Below are positions 62,965 to 64,000 of a stretch of DNA of 64,000 bases, in pieces. Made by a program: the position numbers and the translations under genes. The DNA is from Macrostomum lignano (Eukaryota): positions 1-64,000 of the forward strand of contig NIVC01004017.1 in the NCBI GenBank assembly GCA_002269645.1. The letters are read 5' to 3'. The notes beneath the pieces were generated by a model that worked only from the letters and a program-made list of their open reading frames with translations, had not been told where the DNA came from and searched no databases. How positions within the stretch are numbered: the first letter of the stretch is position 1; each line of letters begins with the position of its first letter.

Positions 62965-63339
62965 ATGAAGACCATATTTACAATTCTCCAAGCACTGTTG
63001 TTAACCAACATTCCAACTATTGCATTAGCTGATAGTTCATTTGTAGGGTTGCTAAATCCGGCTCTACCAAATACTCAATTCCGACTGTTTCAAAATCAAC
63101 CAGCCAATTCGCAGAAAGCTTCAGATGAGTTTTGTCGCAGTCAAAGCTTAATGCCTGTTGACGCAACCGAAGTACGCTATGTTTGGAAACAACTGCCCTA
63201 TAATATATCATTCTATTTGGGCAGCAAGATTGAAATGACAACCGACTATCCGGAGATCGAACGCGGCGAAGTGTTGTGCTTTCCATGCGTCGGCAAAGCG
63301 GTAAATAACGTTTTAACAGGCTTTTTTTGGCTACTCTAG
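62965..63339 (+). CDS. Small secreted protein, possibly divergent C-type-lectin-like; antisense to and probably nested in dystrophin
   Basis: 124-aa non-repetitive ORF with a signal-peptide pattern (MKTIFTILQALLLTNIPTIALA|D); 'ASDEFCRSQSLMPV' and 'FYLG' recall CTLD motifs; TATAAAA at 62901; possible donor GCG|GTAAAT at 63301. Confidence 0.55.
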   Translation: MKTIFTILQALLLTNIPTIALADSSFVGLLNPALPNTQFRLFQNQPANSQKASDEFCRSQSLMPVDATEVRYVWKQLPYNISFYLGSKIEMTTDYPEIERGEVLCFPCVGKAVNNVLTGFFWLL

Positions 63340-64000
63340 TAATATTCAGCGCCTATTAAAAGAAACGTAGTCTAATCAGCTTGAGGGGATTGAAAATTGA
63401 TTTTGGGGTCCAAAACCTTTACTTTACGTAAGCGGTACGAAGCTATACAAATTTAGGAATTAATTTATGCTAGCTCGAATAATGAACTGAATTTTAGCGT
63501 AATTAAAGAGGCCTTATTAATTAACTGGCGCAGACAGCTAAGTACATACATGAACATTGAAACTACGCCCCAGCTACTAGCACCCGAAGACGGAAAATTT
63601 CTAATTAATTAATAGTCCCGTTTGAAAGGACACACTGTAGCTAGTGCCTCTAGTAAGTACTGTGCATACAAGCCACGTTTTATATGCAACTATATACTCC
63701 TATATGCAAACGAAATGTGAATAAAAAGAGAGCATCCAGCACTCAAACTAAAGCAAACTCCATCCAGCCACAGCCCCAACCCCCAAGAGAGTTTCATAAC
63801 GAAATTAAACCTCGATTGATCAATGGTCAGCGAGTGAAACTTGCTTATTCTGAACCCACCTACCCCCTCTCAGTTGTGTAGAAAAGTGGAACTTAGCTAA
63901 CTAATAGTTTTATAACTTAGACCGACAGAATCAATCTTTGAAAAGCTTTTGAAAGCTGGCATAACCAAATGAAGAACGTTTGTAGTTCCCATTTGATTGA

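Noticed and set aside
63017-63286. Minus-strand 89-aa ORF as a possible upstream dystrophin exon
   Set aside because: No CH-domain or hinge similarity; it is the antisense shadow of the plus-strand secreted-protein ORF.

Overview
Eukaryotic, intron-rich animal DNA. The dense minisatellites and Gln/Ala-rich exons resemble the flatworm Macrostomum, but that is an inference. Almost the whole window is one minus-strand dystrophin/utrophin-family gene. I traced 23 phase-compatible GT-AG exons (about 9.6 kb CDS, about 3,190 aa) from 60821 down to 31. They run from spectrin repeat 1 through the rod to the WW and EF-hand region. The N-terminal actin-binding CH domains and the ZZ/C-terminal exons lie outside the window. 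The WW/EF exon carries at least four clustered frameshifts (assembly error or real inactivation). The most interesting layer is in the large introns: four candidate internal first exons, each ending in a donor whose phase matches the next acceptor. One follows a TATA box and has an ATG-free leader and a 215-aa unique N-terminus. One starts with an MGC lipidation motif. One sits behind a composite MEF2/TATA element. The fourth is weaker. There are also two candidate in-frame microexons and a small antisense nested gene encoding a secreted, possibly C-type-lectin-like protein. Most introns contain a tandem array, usually with its own unit, and two of these are arrays of decoy splice sites. Mobile elements include two SINE families (one CORE-type), a Tc1/mariner-type MITE hairpin, a second foldback element and a hAT terminus. 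Comparisons to human dystrophin are from memory, not from a database search.
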